64,000 nucleotides of DNA from Okamejei kenojei (GCA_035221665.1 CM069163.1:16120001-16184000); one strand, 5' to 3'; shown: positions 1-12,805, counted from the first letter of the stretch. Program-made: numbers and translations. Notes: generated from the letters alone by a model not told the origin.

Positions 1-124
1 ATTTTTGTAGCCTGCGGGATCAGTGCTGAATTTTATACTGCACTTGATACTCCCACCCATAGCATTGCTCCTTTCATCTGACTACCAAAATATTCTTCGC
101 CCCTCCTGGAATCTTGTGCAGAAA

Positions 125-690
125 GAGTGCTAGAGAAACTCAACAGGACAGGTAGCATCTCTGGAGAACATGGCTACGTGACGTTACGGTTCAGGACCCT
201 TCTTCAGGCTGATAGTGGTGTGGGATGGGAATGAAAGCTGGAAGAGAGGCAGGGGGTAGTACTTAGCCTAGCGAGTAACAGGTGGATACGAGTGGGGGGG
301 GGGGGGGGGTGGTTGATTGGCAGATGGTTGGACAAAGCCCAGAGATGAAAGGACATAAAGTTGGGATAAGGATAGAAGAGTTGCAAATTGTGAAACAAAA
401 GGATTGTGAAGCCATATGTGGAAGGGGATGTCGGGAGGGGGAAAGGGAGAAATGGATGCCAATTCAGGGGGACACTGGGGGGGGGGGGGGGTATATTGTT
501 CGTAGGATGGCTGCATAATATTGGAGAATTCAATGTTAATACCATTAGGTTGTAAGCTACCTAAGCGGAATATGAGGTGCTGTTCTTACAGTTTGTTTGT
601 GGCCTCACTCTGGCAATGGAGGAGACCCAGAATCAGACAGTCAATTTAGGAAGGGGAGTTATAATGGTTAGCAACCGGCAGATCTAGCAG
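125..690 (-). mobile_element. Penelope-like element (PLE) 3' fragment
   Basis: The reverse strand encodes EQHLIFRLGSLQPNGINIEFS (GIY-YIG C-terminus), followed by a pyrimidine-rich UTR and the shared terminal repeat. Confidence 0.75.
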
Positions 691-1149
691 AATCTGAGTG
701 CAAATTTATGGCAAAATTGTTGTCTTGTCTATGCTTGGTTTCTCCAATGCAAATGCCAACATCTGCCCATCAAAACCACCCCTTCTCCCGCACCTGTATT
801 TTCCTCCCACCACAATCATTCTCAAGAAGGGTCCCAACTGGATACGTCACCTATTCATGTTCTCCAGAGATGCTGCCTGACCTGCTGAGTTACTCCAGCA
901 CTTTGTGTCTTTTTTTTTATATGAAGGTATGTGGATGTGGAGCTTAAGGATTTTAACAGTATACATTCCAAGTCTGGATGGTAAAAGGGGAGTAAGAGGC
1001 GGAGCATTGTCTTGCTGGATGTGCTCATGGTTGCTTCAATCATAGAATTGAACAGATATACAGCATGGAAAACTGCCCTTCAGCTCGTTGGGTCTGCATC
1101 AATCATCAATCTGTGACATTAAATGGAATTTACACCCATTTACAGTGGC

Positions 1150-1283
1150 ATCTTCTTCTTGCGTATGGCATGCACAACCTAAATTTGTAGGACAACCATT
1201 TGATCTTATTTGATTGTGCACGCCAGGTTGATTGCATTTGTCGAAACAGGGCGGACCACGTGAAGGTTGCAATCTCCCACCCT
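1150..1283 (-). mobile_element. Short non-autonomous retroelement with 5' HDV-like ribozyme, copy 1
   Basis: 12-bp TSD ATTTACAGTGGC (1138-1149, 1284-1295); tail CATACGCAAGAAGAAGA; homologous end to end with 26099-26232. Confidence 0.85.
1230..1283 (-). ncRNA. Minimal HDV/CPEB3-like ribozyme fold, catalytic C retained
   Basis: AGGGUGG-GA-GAUUGCA-ACC-UUCACGU-GGU-CCGCCCU-G-UUUCGA-CAAA-UGCAAUC: P1, P2, P3, L3, P1.1 and J4/2 all assignable. Confidence 0.8.
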
Positions 1284-2327
1284 ATTTACAGTGGCCAATT
1301 GACTTTACAAACTACATGTCTTTGGGATGTGGGAGGAAACACGAGCACCTTGAGGAAACCCAGGCAGTCACAGGGAGAACGTGCACAATCTACATTGTCA
1401 CCACCCAAGGCCAGGAGTGTACATCGAGATTCTGAGCTGTGAGGCAGTGGCTCTACATGCTATGCCACCCCGAAACACTACAGCCGAGTTACATGGTTGA
1501 TGAAGTGCTTAATGTCAAAGACGATTGCTTTTCCCTCGCTGTATCCAGATTATTGAATATTATAGCTGTACTCATCCTAGAAAATGGATAATGTTCCATT
1601 ACACTCCGCAATTATGTCGAGTAGATAGTGGTAAGGCATTGGTAATTTTGGGGTTCCCTCAAAAATAATTTCCAATTCTTATTGTAGCCAGAGTGTTTAT
1701 ATGGCTGGTCCAGTTAAGTTTCCAATTAACAATGTCCACTGGGATATTGATAGCAGGTGCTTTAATGATTATTAATTCCATTTAATGTCACACAGAGGTG
1801 ATTAGACATGCTCCTGTTGGATATGGTTATTGATTAGTATTTAAATGCTACTTGGCGCTCAGTAGGCAGGCCCTTGATGTTTAAGTCTTGTTATGCCTGG
1901 GCATTGCCTACTTCATTGTCAGAGGTATTGCAACTGAAATTGAGCAAAGTGCAATAGTCAGTCAAAATTTTAATTTCTGACAACCCGAGTTTCCAGTTTA
2001 AGCATTTATACAATTTCCCTCAATCCCTGTTGTGGCAGCAGATTCCACACTGGAGTTATCATTAACAGTCTGACACTGATATCCCCCAGTTTTGATCTTG
2101 TGCTGTTCAAGTGCAAATACTTTCTCTGCATTCAGTTGCACTATAGCTGTTAATGGGTAAGCTTCCAACAGGTAATGTTTTCAAAAGAGTTTTGAATTAA
2201 TTTCTCCCTTCACCCAAATGTACAGTCTAATCCAGTTATTATAGCAAGATATGCGAGTTAGTGTTTTACCACGCATCCAAGGTGGATATGTTTGTTTGCT
2301 TGCCTTCAGTACTTTAATCATTGCTGT

Positions 2328-2476
2328 GTAGGAAATAACTGCAGATGCTGGTTTAAATTGAAGGTAGACACAAAATGCTGGAATAACTCAGCGGGACAGG
2401 CAGCATTCCATCACCCATTTCGTCTCTCCAGAGATGCTGCCTGTCCCGTAGAGTTACTCCAGTATTTTGTGACTAC
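2328..2476. mobile_element. Fold-back PLE-terminus insertion
   Basis: Inverted arms of the PLE terminal repeat; 16-bp TSD CTTTAATCATTGCTGT (2312-2327, 2477-2492). Confidence 0.8.
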
Positions 2477-5127
2477 CTTTAATCATTGCTGTTTGAATGA
2501 ATACTTTACTGTGCATCATCTTGCACCAATCTGCTGTACTGCAAAGTTATCAAGATGAATGTTATTCTTGGAATTCCAAACATAAGCTGTAAATACTTTT
2601 GACTTCGTAAGTATAGTTTTCCAGGACACACGACACTTGATTGGTCTACAAAATGGTGGATGGACAGGAAGGCTAGTGAAGAACTTCTTAACTCGCATCT
2701 TACTTGAGCAGACTGCTGCAAGATTGCAATCCTACACCATGCGTCTCCCCCTCTCCCCAACCTAGCTCAACTCAACCCTCACCTCGACCAAGTGGCACAG
2801 ACATTATCAGCAGCTCCATGTGCGAGAGGTTTTGTGCATAAATCCTCCTCCTCCTTTGCCATTTTATTTTTGCCTTCTCAAAAGCAGAATGCCTGTGTTG
2901 CCAGGGTGGAGAGACAGGCTGAACACACAGGCGTGCTCGGCGGGGATCTCTTTGGCTGACATCACGCGATTATGTCCGCTTCATTGTTTCCCACAGCAAA
3001 TGGCTCACCTTCAAGACGCTACAGAGGAGCAATTAAAAGGCGATTATTTCTAAAAACCAATTTGTAGGGAAATCATAATACCAGGAACGTATCGAAGGAT
3101 AAATACACCAAGTGCTTACCTTTAAAGTAGGGTTTCCCGCTAAGTGGCTCCGATTCCTAAAAGTATGCCTGCATTTACTCTTTTATCACAACCTTTCCTT
3201 TCATGTGTTATGTGGTACATGTTTTGGTGATGATTATATAACCGACACAAATCCCCAAATACCCAGGAGGGGATAGGGAGAACAACATGTTGAAGAAACT
3301 TTAGTATTTATTTCTTAATTGTCCATTCATTCCAAGTACAAGATGTATGCTTGTATCACAAATCACTTGAATTACATTTTCTAGATTTAATTGTTGTGTA
3401 TCCACAATAGCATGGTATTAAGTGGTAATAAAACAGAAAATGCAGGTCTGTGGAAAGAGAGTGAGACAGTATATCATTCATCAGTTTTCAAACAAAAAGA
3501 TTTGATTTGAAGGATACAAGGTTATATAAAACATATATAAACTACTTCAAAATACTGTAGTTCATTGGTAATAAAATGCAACCAGTTCAGTTAATGTGGA
3601 CTCCAGAAGAACAGAGAGCACCTTCAAAGATTAAACAAAATTTAATTATTTCCCTAGCCACGATGGGTTAGCCTTCCATCAAAAGCAGTGGATGATTAAC
3701 GTTTTGAAAATTGAAAACCACCATGTTTGGATTAGAAAGAAACATTGACCATGTTTGGATTAGAGAGAGCTATGAACATTTTGGATGAAATTCCATCCAT
3801 TGTGATATTCCTGGACTGGCAAAAATACCACTGTGAAGGCAATAGATCAAGACTAAATAATGTTAGATGGAAGCCATGAGAAATTGTGCAAATAAGTGCA
3901 ATTTCAAGTCAATCAAAATATTTGCATGATTTCTACCTGGGCCAATTGACTTCAATCTTTGTAAATTGTGTTCTCCCTGCAGGAGATCTGGCTTGGAACA
4001 AATAAAGATCACATATAGGGTCATAATACCATAATGCCAGTTCTATAAATATTTATGCATTCTCAGTAGAAACCTTTAGTCAAATGGTGAATTTACCCTT
4101 AAACCAATTAAACCTTGTCGTTGTGCAGCGCCAGGTTGAACAGTTGAGCGTCACCGTGCGGTTGCCCAGCTCTCGTTTAAGTAGCAATTTCTAACTAGCT
4201 TCAGAGTTTGCAAATTTATTGAGTTGTACTTCAAAGATTTATTTTTATTGATCCTTATTTCACAAATTGTATGCAGTTACTTTTCCTTTATTCTACTTTT
4301 GTTATTGTAAGCAATAAATAATCCATAGGAAAAGGTCGTTTTTGGGCAATGCAGGTGAATTGATTAGATTGTTTTCTTCCACTGTAATGTTCTGCTACAC
4401 TTCTGAATTATTTATTTCAATGTTCAGGCTATTCTATGCAGTAGGAAACATTTGTGAAGCCTTATCTTTACTTGAAATCAAACATGAGATTAGCAGTTTC
4501 TTCCAGAAAACGGATGTAATTGGAACTCATGCTCTCCATGTTGGAAAGTTGAAGTGTATTACTTTAATTACTCAGATTTTTCTGAGAAATTAAGCTTCAG
4601 ACAGTAATTCCTGGACTGTCATCTCTCGTCTCCCCAGCATTTAATGTGCACTGCTGGAGCTCGGTATCTAGAGCAGCTGGGCTGGGCCTGCTACATTAAG
4701 CAGGTATCTGATGATTTTCTTTGTAATTGAATGCAGTATTGATTAATGAAATATTAAATTGATTATTTGGATGTGTTAAACCATCAAATGTTACCACTTC
4801 ATGGTGAAACATAAGTTGTCAAAGTGATAACTTAAAGTAAAGCTACATTTCAATAACTGGCATGTTACTGAAATACTGGATGCACTTTCCTGAAGAGCTT
4901 ATCACCAAATTACCAGATAACCAAATTAAATGCATTCATTTCATTATAAATTTGTTATTAAAGTGTTTTAATTAATTGTCATGGTATTTTTAAAAGAAAC
5001 TCAACATTGCAGTTGAGACCATTCAGCCTATTAAGTTGATGCTGGCTCCCTGTTTCCCCCATTCTTCCTCCAGACCTCTAAACTTTTGTTATTATATTGC
5101 CACACACTCTTTTAATTTAAATGACAG

Positions 5128-5257
5128 ATAGACACAAAATGCTGGAGTAACTCAGCGAGACAGGCAGCATCTCTGAAGAGAAGGAATGGGCAGCGTTTCC
5201 CATTCGTTTGTGTCTATCTTCGATTTAAACCAGCATCTGCAGTTCTTTCCTGCACAT
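5128..5257. mobile_element. Fold-back PLE-terminus insertion
   Basis: GATAGACACAAA...TTTGTGTCTATC inverted arms of the same repeat; TSD unclear. Confidence 0.7.
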
Positions 5258-8136
5258 AACAATGAGAGATTGTGAGTAAATAGGCATATGAGAGAAGGTG
5301 CAGATTGATAACATAGGTGTGGTAGATTACAGAATGTCCTGAAGGGAAGTAAGAAAGAAAATAAGAGGTAAAAAAGGGCACGAGAAAAGATGCACAGCAA
5401 ATATTGTTGGGAATCCAAAACTATCCTGCGGGCAAGTAATTGGGTAAAGTGTTGTGAGAGGCGAGGTGGGGGCAATCAGAGGCCAGAAAAGGGATCTGGT
5501 CAGGGAGGTAGAGTGACTGAAGTATGAAGCAAGTACTTGCATTATTCTTATCACCGATGATGAAGATAATACTCTGGGAGTCTCAGCAAAAGAAGACTTT
5601 AATATTTTAGAGGAGATAGTGGAAAGGGTTAATGCAGGGTTGAATGTTTCTGCACTATTTAAGTTATTCTCTTTAGATCAAAAATAGACCTAAGGTGATT
5701 ATACAGCAGTTAGTGTACTCTTAGGAACAACACAGCTTCTTGTGCATTTATATCGGAACCAAGTTTTTATTTTGAATTCTGCAAGTGTTTAGCTTAAACG
5801 ATTTAAATATTATTAGAAAAGGTCGGTAAATCCCGGCCTGGGCAGCTTGTAAGTGGACTCTTGCTATAATGTCAAATTTTATTTTGTGTTTTTGCTATAC
5901 ATTCTGGCAGATCATTCTATATTTCTCACTCATAAATGCATTTTAATGACAAATCTGTCACATGCAAGAGGATGAGTTATTATGCTGCCTCCTTGCACCA
6001 CTTTCTAATTGGTGAATGGAAAGTTCCACTTTGGAGTACTCTATCGTGCTCACCATTTCTGTGCACTGACCTGCTGGAGGAACTCGGTGAGACTATAAGA
6101 CATGGGAGCAGAATTACACCATTCTGCCCATCGAGTCTGCTTCGCCCTTCAATCATGGTTGATCTATTTTTCCCTCTCAACCCCATTTTCCTGCCATCTC
6201 CCCATTACCTTACTAACCTACTACAGCAGTAAAGCATTACACTGTCAATACTGTTGAACCAAGTGTGAGCTAAATAATGGTTCAAAAAGCAACGTACTTT
6301 CCATTTTGTTTAAATGACAAGTATGAATAACGTGTTCATTACTGTTACTCCGTAATTCATGACAACGCTGCTAGTGTGTGCTATCCTCCCCCCCCCCCCC
6401 CATGTATTCAGTTCCAATCACCACTGCTCCTTTTGTGGAAAGACAAGGCAGTTTCCAAGAGGGGCAAAATAAACATTAAGAACATCATTTCTGGCATTCT
6501 CGGATGCCACCTGCCATCCCCCTTGAGGCCTGGGCACTCACTTGACCCAAAACAGAAATAAAGATAATTACCAGGGAATAGGAAGATTGGATTGGACCAA
6601 CAGATACATTAAAACGGTAATTGCATTTTGTTTAGAATGCAGCTAATCATATTTCTCATGACACTGAAGGAGGTCATTTGGCCCAACATGTCAATGCCAG
6701 CTCTCCGAGCAATCCCATAAATCCTTTTCCCCACTTAATTCCTTGTAACATATTCTCGCTCACATGTTCATTAGCTCCATCCTGGGTCTCCTAACACCCA
6801 CTTACACCAGAAGTAATTTACAGTGACTAATTAACTTGCAATTCAATGCATCTTTGGGATATGGGAGTTCTTTCAGGAAGAATATGCAAATTCCACACCC
6901 AACACTGGAAGTCAGGATCAACTGGCATTGTGATTACTTCAGAAGATTTAATTTTCCTCCAAAATGAAAAACAAATTAATTTGTTAAGTAATTGTAGGGA
7001 GAAGTGAAAAAGCATCCATTTTGAATTCATGATCTCAAATCAAGGCGTTAATAAGATGTTGTGCAATATTATAGACTGCGGTGAAAATCTACCTTAACTA
7101 GGCCACAATGTGCTTTGTAAATCATGGTGTAAATGTTATGCTATGTTGCATCTTGCACTGGTGAATGTGCCATTGTCAGACTCATTCAAATCAGAATTGT
7201 GTGTGTGTCTTAAATTCCACTCTATATATCCCAGACAAATAACACTTGCAAGTCTGTAATTAGACCCGATTTCTACTGAAATCCACAGCAAGCTCTTGGC
7301 TTTTGGTGGAGCCCATCCTCAATATAGAAGTAGTTATTAGAATTCTCAGAGCTTTCCATCCGTCAACCCTCCTGATCTATTCGAAGACGTGGAACACATT
7401 GTATACAATATCGAGCTCGTGGTTTGGCAGCTGAATCTGTGTTTGTTCAGTGCTCATAAGGATTTCCACTCTTATTTGGTACTGGCCGCCGAGTTCAATC
7501 TCATGCCAGCAACTGTTACACTTTCTCATTAATTTTAAACAGTAAAAAGGAAAGAAAAAACATACCTTCCATTATTAAAACTTTATTCCTTTAATAACAT
7601 GATGCTGGGTCCTCAGGGAAAGGTCAATCATCCTCTAAAAAGTAATTTGACATTCATATTAAAAGCCAGGAAATTATTGGAGTGCTGGATAGAATCTATT
7701 GCCATCCACAAATAACACCAAGCTGTCTTATTCAACGTGATCTTTAGCTACATTATATTATTTCTTTTCAGTAAAATTGAAAGGATTAACCCTCATGGTC
7801 CTTTGTGATTATTCTGTAATTTTCTTGTTATTAAATCTGTTATAAACCCATCCATTATTTCTCACTGAAATGCTCCTTGTTTAGTTAACCCTTCCAGGTC
7901 TGCAGTGTTGTTTGTCAATTAGAATGAAAGATTAAATCTAATTATGATTTTTAGTTTTAAATGCGCACAGAGTACTGGCTGAAAAGATTTGGGGCTTCTC
8001 TGTAAATTTATTTTAGAAATGAGTTATTACCACAGATGTTGCAAGATGGATAACCCAGGTGTATTCTGCAAGTTTCAAAAATAAATGAACTTAAATAGTT
8101 AATGAGCTCCTTTTTTCCCCCCTTATGCACATACAG

Positions 8137-8245
8137 TTGGATGGTGCTATTTTGCAGGAAGTAAGGGAATCGGCAACAGCCTTGCAAAGAGTGTATGAGA
8201 CCTTTGTGCATTCAACCAAAGAAAATCTTCTGCAAGCTAAGAAAG
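8137..8245 (+). CDS. DDX31: DDX31 DEAD-box RNA helicase, third-to-last coding exon (LDGAILQEVRESATALQRVYETFVHSTKENLLQAKK)
   Basis: Pyrimidine tract and CAG acceptor at 8134-8136, donor GTCAGT at 8246. The peptide resembles human DDX31 [20 protein letters not shown]...WAKK as I recall it. The phase-1 end joins the next exon in frame. An alternative in-frame acceptor would start the exon at 8158. Confidence 0.88.
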
Positions 8246-9029
8246 GTCAGTTCACATCTACAGCTCTTTGGTATAACCCGGCGGACTCATTGGGTGGTTT
8301 TCATTAGCAAATGAGAGGTGCAGATTTTTAATAACTGGAGACTTTGGGTTATTGAAGAAACTAACACTCTCTTTCATAAACAAACAAAATGGGGAATGGT
8401 ATTAGTTTCTCAGCATTCTAAATCAAAAAAACTGAAGAGGGGACAATAAAAATTGTAATAAATTCACATCAGCACCAAACAGCTAATTAGTTAATTTAGA
8501 CTGATCTCATCAAATCTCTGGATACAGTCATTATTTGTTTAAGTCTTGTGGATTTCCCCCATCTTATATTGTTAGTACTGAATAAGCTGTTTGATTTATT
8601 GCTCAAATTACTCAACTGACAATTTTCGCAACTGAAGTACCTCAAATTACACAAAACGTCCTATTGGATTATACCTTAGTTATAATCTTTTGGCACATTG
8701 TGATCTAAATTGGAAGACTTTGTTTCTACACAGTGCAGGTAAGTCAAAGAAATTTATCTTGGTTTTTAAAATACAATAGCCGTGGAAGTTATAGAACATT
8801 CAACAGTACAGCACACAAACTGGTTATTTGACCCACAATGTCTGCCGAACATGGTGCTAATATAATCTAATATCATCTGTCTGCACATGCTCTATATATC
8901 TCCATTCCCTGCATATCTGTTAATGATCCAAGATGATTTTGTCATTTTTCTGTTTTATTTATTGTGCCAGCCAAAGAGCGAGAGAGAGAGACAAAATGAG
9001 AGGAAGGGATGCCAACTTTTTTAAAAAAA

Positions 9030-10880
9030 TTCTATAGCACATTTAAAAACAACTCTCATTGACCAAAGTGCTTTACATCAGTGCAGGTACTAACGTGCTA
9101 CAAACAATGGTACACAGATCTAACAATACATACATACAGCGCTCCCTCAGAGGACCTCAAGAAACGCATGTTAGTAGAAATAGGTTTTAAGTCTAGACTT
9201 AAAGGAGTTGATGGAGGGGGCAGTTCTGCTGGGAAGAGGGATGCTGTTCCACAGTCTAGGTGCTGCAACCGCAAAAGCGCGGTCGCCCCCGAGCTTAAAC
9301 CTGGACCACGGATAGTCAGTAGCCCAAATCGGCCGACCTGAGGGACCTGGAGGTAGAATGGTGGGTTAGAAGATTTTTGATATAGGTGGGGGCAAGCCCG
9401 TTAACGGAGTTGTATACATATAGGAGGAGCTTGAAGTTGATTCTGTACCGTACTGGGAGCCAGTGGAAAGAGGCCTGAATCGGGGTGATGTGGTCCCTTT
9501 TACGGGTACCCGTCAGAGGTCTCGCTGCGGCGTTTTGGGCCAATTGCAGGCTGATGCCAGTGTATAGGGAATTGCAGTAATCAAGGCGGGATAAGATGAA
9601 TACATGGATGATTTTTTCAAGGTAGTCAAATTAGACAATAGACAATAGGTGCAGGAGTAGACCATTTGGCCCTTCGAGCCAGCACCGCCACTCAATGTGG
9701 TCATGGTTGATCATCCCAAATCAGTACCCAGTTCCTGCCTTCTCCCCATATCCCCTGACGTTATTTTTAAGAGCCCTATCTAGCTCTCTCTTGAAAGCAT
9801 CCAGAGAACCTGCCTCTACGGCCCTCTGAGGCAGAGAATTCCACAAACTCACCACTCTCTGTGAGAAATAGTGTTGGAGGAATGGTTTGATTTTAGCTAT
9901 GGTACGAAGCTGGAAGAAGCTAGCTTTTACCACAGCATTGACTTATTTGTCAAACTTTAATGCGGAGTCAAATATCATTCCAAGGTTTTTGACGTGCGGT
10001 TTGAGTAAGGAGTTAGGCTTCCAAGGCTGCCTGCTATCATTTTGATGGAGTCCGAGGGGCCAAGTAGGATGACCTCAGACTTGCTCTCTTTTAGTTGGAG
10101 GAAGTTCTGAGCCATCCAACACTTTATATACTCGAGGCAGTGCATAAGGCTGAGTAGATTTGATCGGTTGTTGGGTTTCAGGGGGAGATAGAGCGGTGTA
10201 TCGCCTACATAGCAGTGGAAAGAAATGCCGTGCCTTTGAATGACTTGGCCGGGGGGGAGCATATACAGGGAGAAGAAAATGGGACCTAGGATGGAGCTTT
10301 GTGGAACCTCGCAACAAAGGCTAACTGGGGAAGAGAAAGAGTTGCCTATGTTGGTAGAGAAACTCCTATCTTTGAGGTAGGAAACGAACCAGCTCAGGGC
10401 AGTGCCATCACCATGAACCCCGTACTGGAGACGGTCAATTAGAATTGTGTGGTCCTCTGTACCAAACGCTGCGCTGAGGTCGAGAAGGAGCAGGATTGCA
10501 CAGTCGTCGGAGTTGATGGCGAGAAGCAGGTCATTGTGTACCTTCAACAAGGCAGACTCTGTGCTGCGCTGGGCCCTGAAACCAGATTGGAAACTTTCCA
10601 GGATGGTATTTTGGTGTAGGTAAGGCATTAGTTGATTTAGAATTACCTTTCAAGGACTTTTGAAAGGAAAGGCAGTTTGGAAATAGGTGGGGCTAGGTTA
10701 GGTTTTTTCAGGAGGGGCTGGACCACTGCGTGCTTGAAACAGGTTGGAACTGTGCCAGTTTCTAGAGAACTGTTGATGATAGAGAGGATGCTGGGAAGTA
10801 GGGGCAACGGAAGTAGAAGGGCAGCAGGGACAACGTCGAGGGGGCAGGTTGCAGGTTTCATAGTGGAGACCAGCTTTACG
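9030..10880 (-). mobile_element. L2-clade LINE, 5'-truncated RT and 3' tail
   Basis: QSGFRAQRSTESALLKVHNDLL..LLLDLSAAF, VPQSSILGP, YVGDT (decayed YADD), HITPI.ASFHWLPV, and the L2-type tail TGTAAAGCACTTTG...GTGCTATA. Confidence 0.9.
9630..9872 (-). mobile_element. CR1-type LINE 3' end nested in the L2
   Basis: FSQRVVSLWNSLPQRAVEA plus a tail ending in CTATTGT repeats; near-identical to 53140-53380. Confidence 0.85.
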
Positions 10881-10999
10881 AGGGACGGATCTTACCACCC
10901 CCCACCCCAACTTTGCACTTGGATATATATGGCTGATTACAGAGAGTCAGCATGGTTCTTTGAAGGAGAGATCGTGTCTTTGATTGCGTTTCTTGTATA

Positions 11000-12805
11000 A
11001 GGTTGACGAGAGCAAGCCCGTAGACATTGGCTATATGGACTTCAGCAAAGTCTTTGATAAGGTTCCATGTGGTGGGCTGCTCTGGAAGGTTAGATTGCAT
11101 GGATCCAGTCAGAGCTACTGACTGGATACACAATTAGCATCATTGAAGGAAGCAGATGGTGGTGGTAGAAAGTTGTTTTTCAGACTGGCGGCCTGTGACT
11201 AGTGATGTGCCTCAGGGATCGATGCTGGCCCCATTGCTGTTTGTGGTTTCCATTAATGATTTGGATGAGAAAGTACAAGGTATGAATAGTGAGTTTGAGA
11301 ATAGCATTAGAATAAGTGGTGTCATGGACAGTGAAGATGACTATCAAAATTATAGCAGGATCTTGATCAGCTGGGCAACCGGACTGAGAAATGACTAATG
11401 AAGTTTAATGTAGGAAAGTGCAAAATATTGCATTTGGAAAAGTCAAACCAGAGCAGGTGCTTCACAGTGAATGGTAGGGCACTGGGTAGTGTTATAGAGC
11501 AGAGACATATAGGACTACTGATGCATAGTTCCCTCAACGTTGCATCAATTGCAGATAGTGTGGTAAAGAAGGAGTCTGATACATTGGCCGTTAGTGTATT
11601 GAATAGAGAAATTGGAATGTTATCTTACAGTTGTGCGCGACATTGGTGAGGCAGCATTTGAAATACTGTGTTCAGTTTCAGTCACCCAGCTATAGGAAGA
11701 ATATCATTAAGCTAGAAAGAGTACAGAGAAGATTTACAAAGATGTTGAGGACATGAGTTATAGCGAGAAGTTGGGCAGACTAGAACTTGATTCCTTGGAG
11801 CGCAGGAGGATGACAGGTTATCTTATAGATATGTATAAAATCATGAGGGGAACAGATAGGGTGAATGCACAGAGTCTTTTCCGAGGGGCAGGGGAACCAT
11901 GAACCAGAGGACATGGGTTTAAGGTGAGAGTGGAAAGAGTTAATAGGAACCGGAGGAGCAACATTTCACTCAGACGGTGGTGTGTGTATGGAACGAGCTG
12001 CCACGGTGGCAGTTGAGGCAACTGCTATAACAGTATTTAAAAGGCACTTAGACAGATACATGGGTAGGAAAGGTTTAGAGGGATATGACCAAACACAGCC
12101 AAATCGGACTAGCTTAGGATTCAGAAGTCGGATGTGCAAAGAGACGCGGGAGGGCTAGTGCAGGATTCCCAAAAGGTTAATTTGCAGGTTGAATCAGTAG
12201 TAAGGAAGGCAAATGCAATGTTAGTATTCATTTCGAGAGGACTAGAATATAAAAGCAGGGATGTAAAGCATTAAAGCACATTTGGAGTATTTGAGCAGAT
12301 TTGGGCCCCATATTTGAGGAGGGTTCTGCTGGCATTAAAGAGGATCCAGAGGAGGTTTACGAGGATGACCCTGGGGATGATAGGGTTAATGTATGATAAG
12401 CGTTTGACAATTCTAGGCATGTACTCACTGGAAGGTTGAGGAGGAATCTCATAGAATCTCACCGTATAACGAAAGGCATGAATAGAGTGGATGTGGAGAG
12501 GATGTTTCCACTAGTGGGAGAGTCTAGGACCAGAGGACATGGCCTCAAAATAAAAGGATGTACCTTTAGAAAGGAGATAAGGAGGAATTTCTTCAGTCAG
12601 AGGGTGGTGAATCTGTGGAATTAATTACCACAGATGGCTAAAGAGGCCAAGTCTTTGGGTATTTTAAAGCGGAGATTAGCAGGTACTTAATTAGTAAGTG
12701 AGAAGGCAAGAGAATGGGGGGAGAAGAGGAAAAAAAAGATCAGCCATGATTGATTGGTGGAGTAGACTTGATGGGCCAAATAGACTAATTCTGCTCCTAT
12801 AACTT
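11000..12805 (+). mobile_element. Two tandem CR1/HER1-type LINE 3' fragments (~11000-12115, ~12140-12805)
   Basis: YMDFSKVFDKVP, VTSDVPQGSMLAPLLF..INDLD, FNVGKCKILH, RTRGHGLK..RRNFFSQRVVNLWN. Confidence 0.88.
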
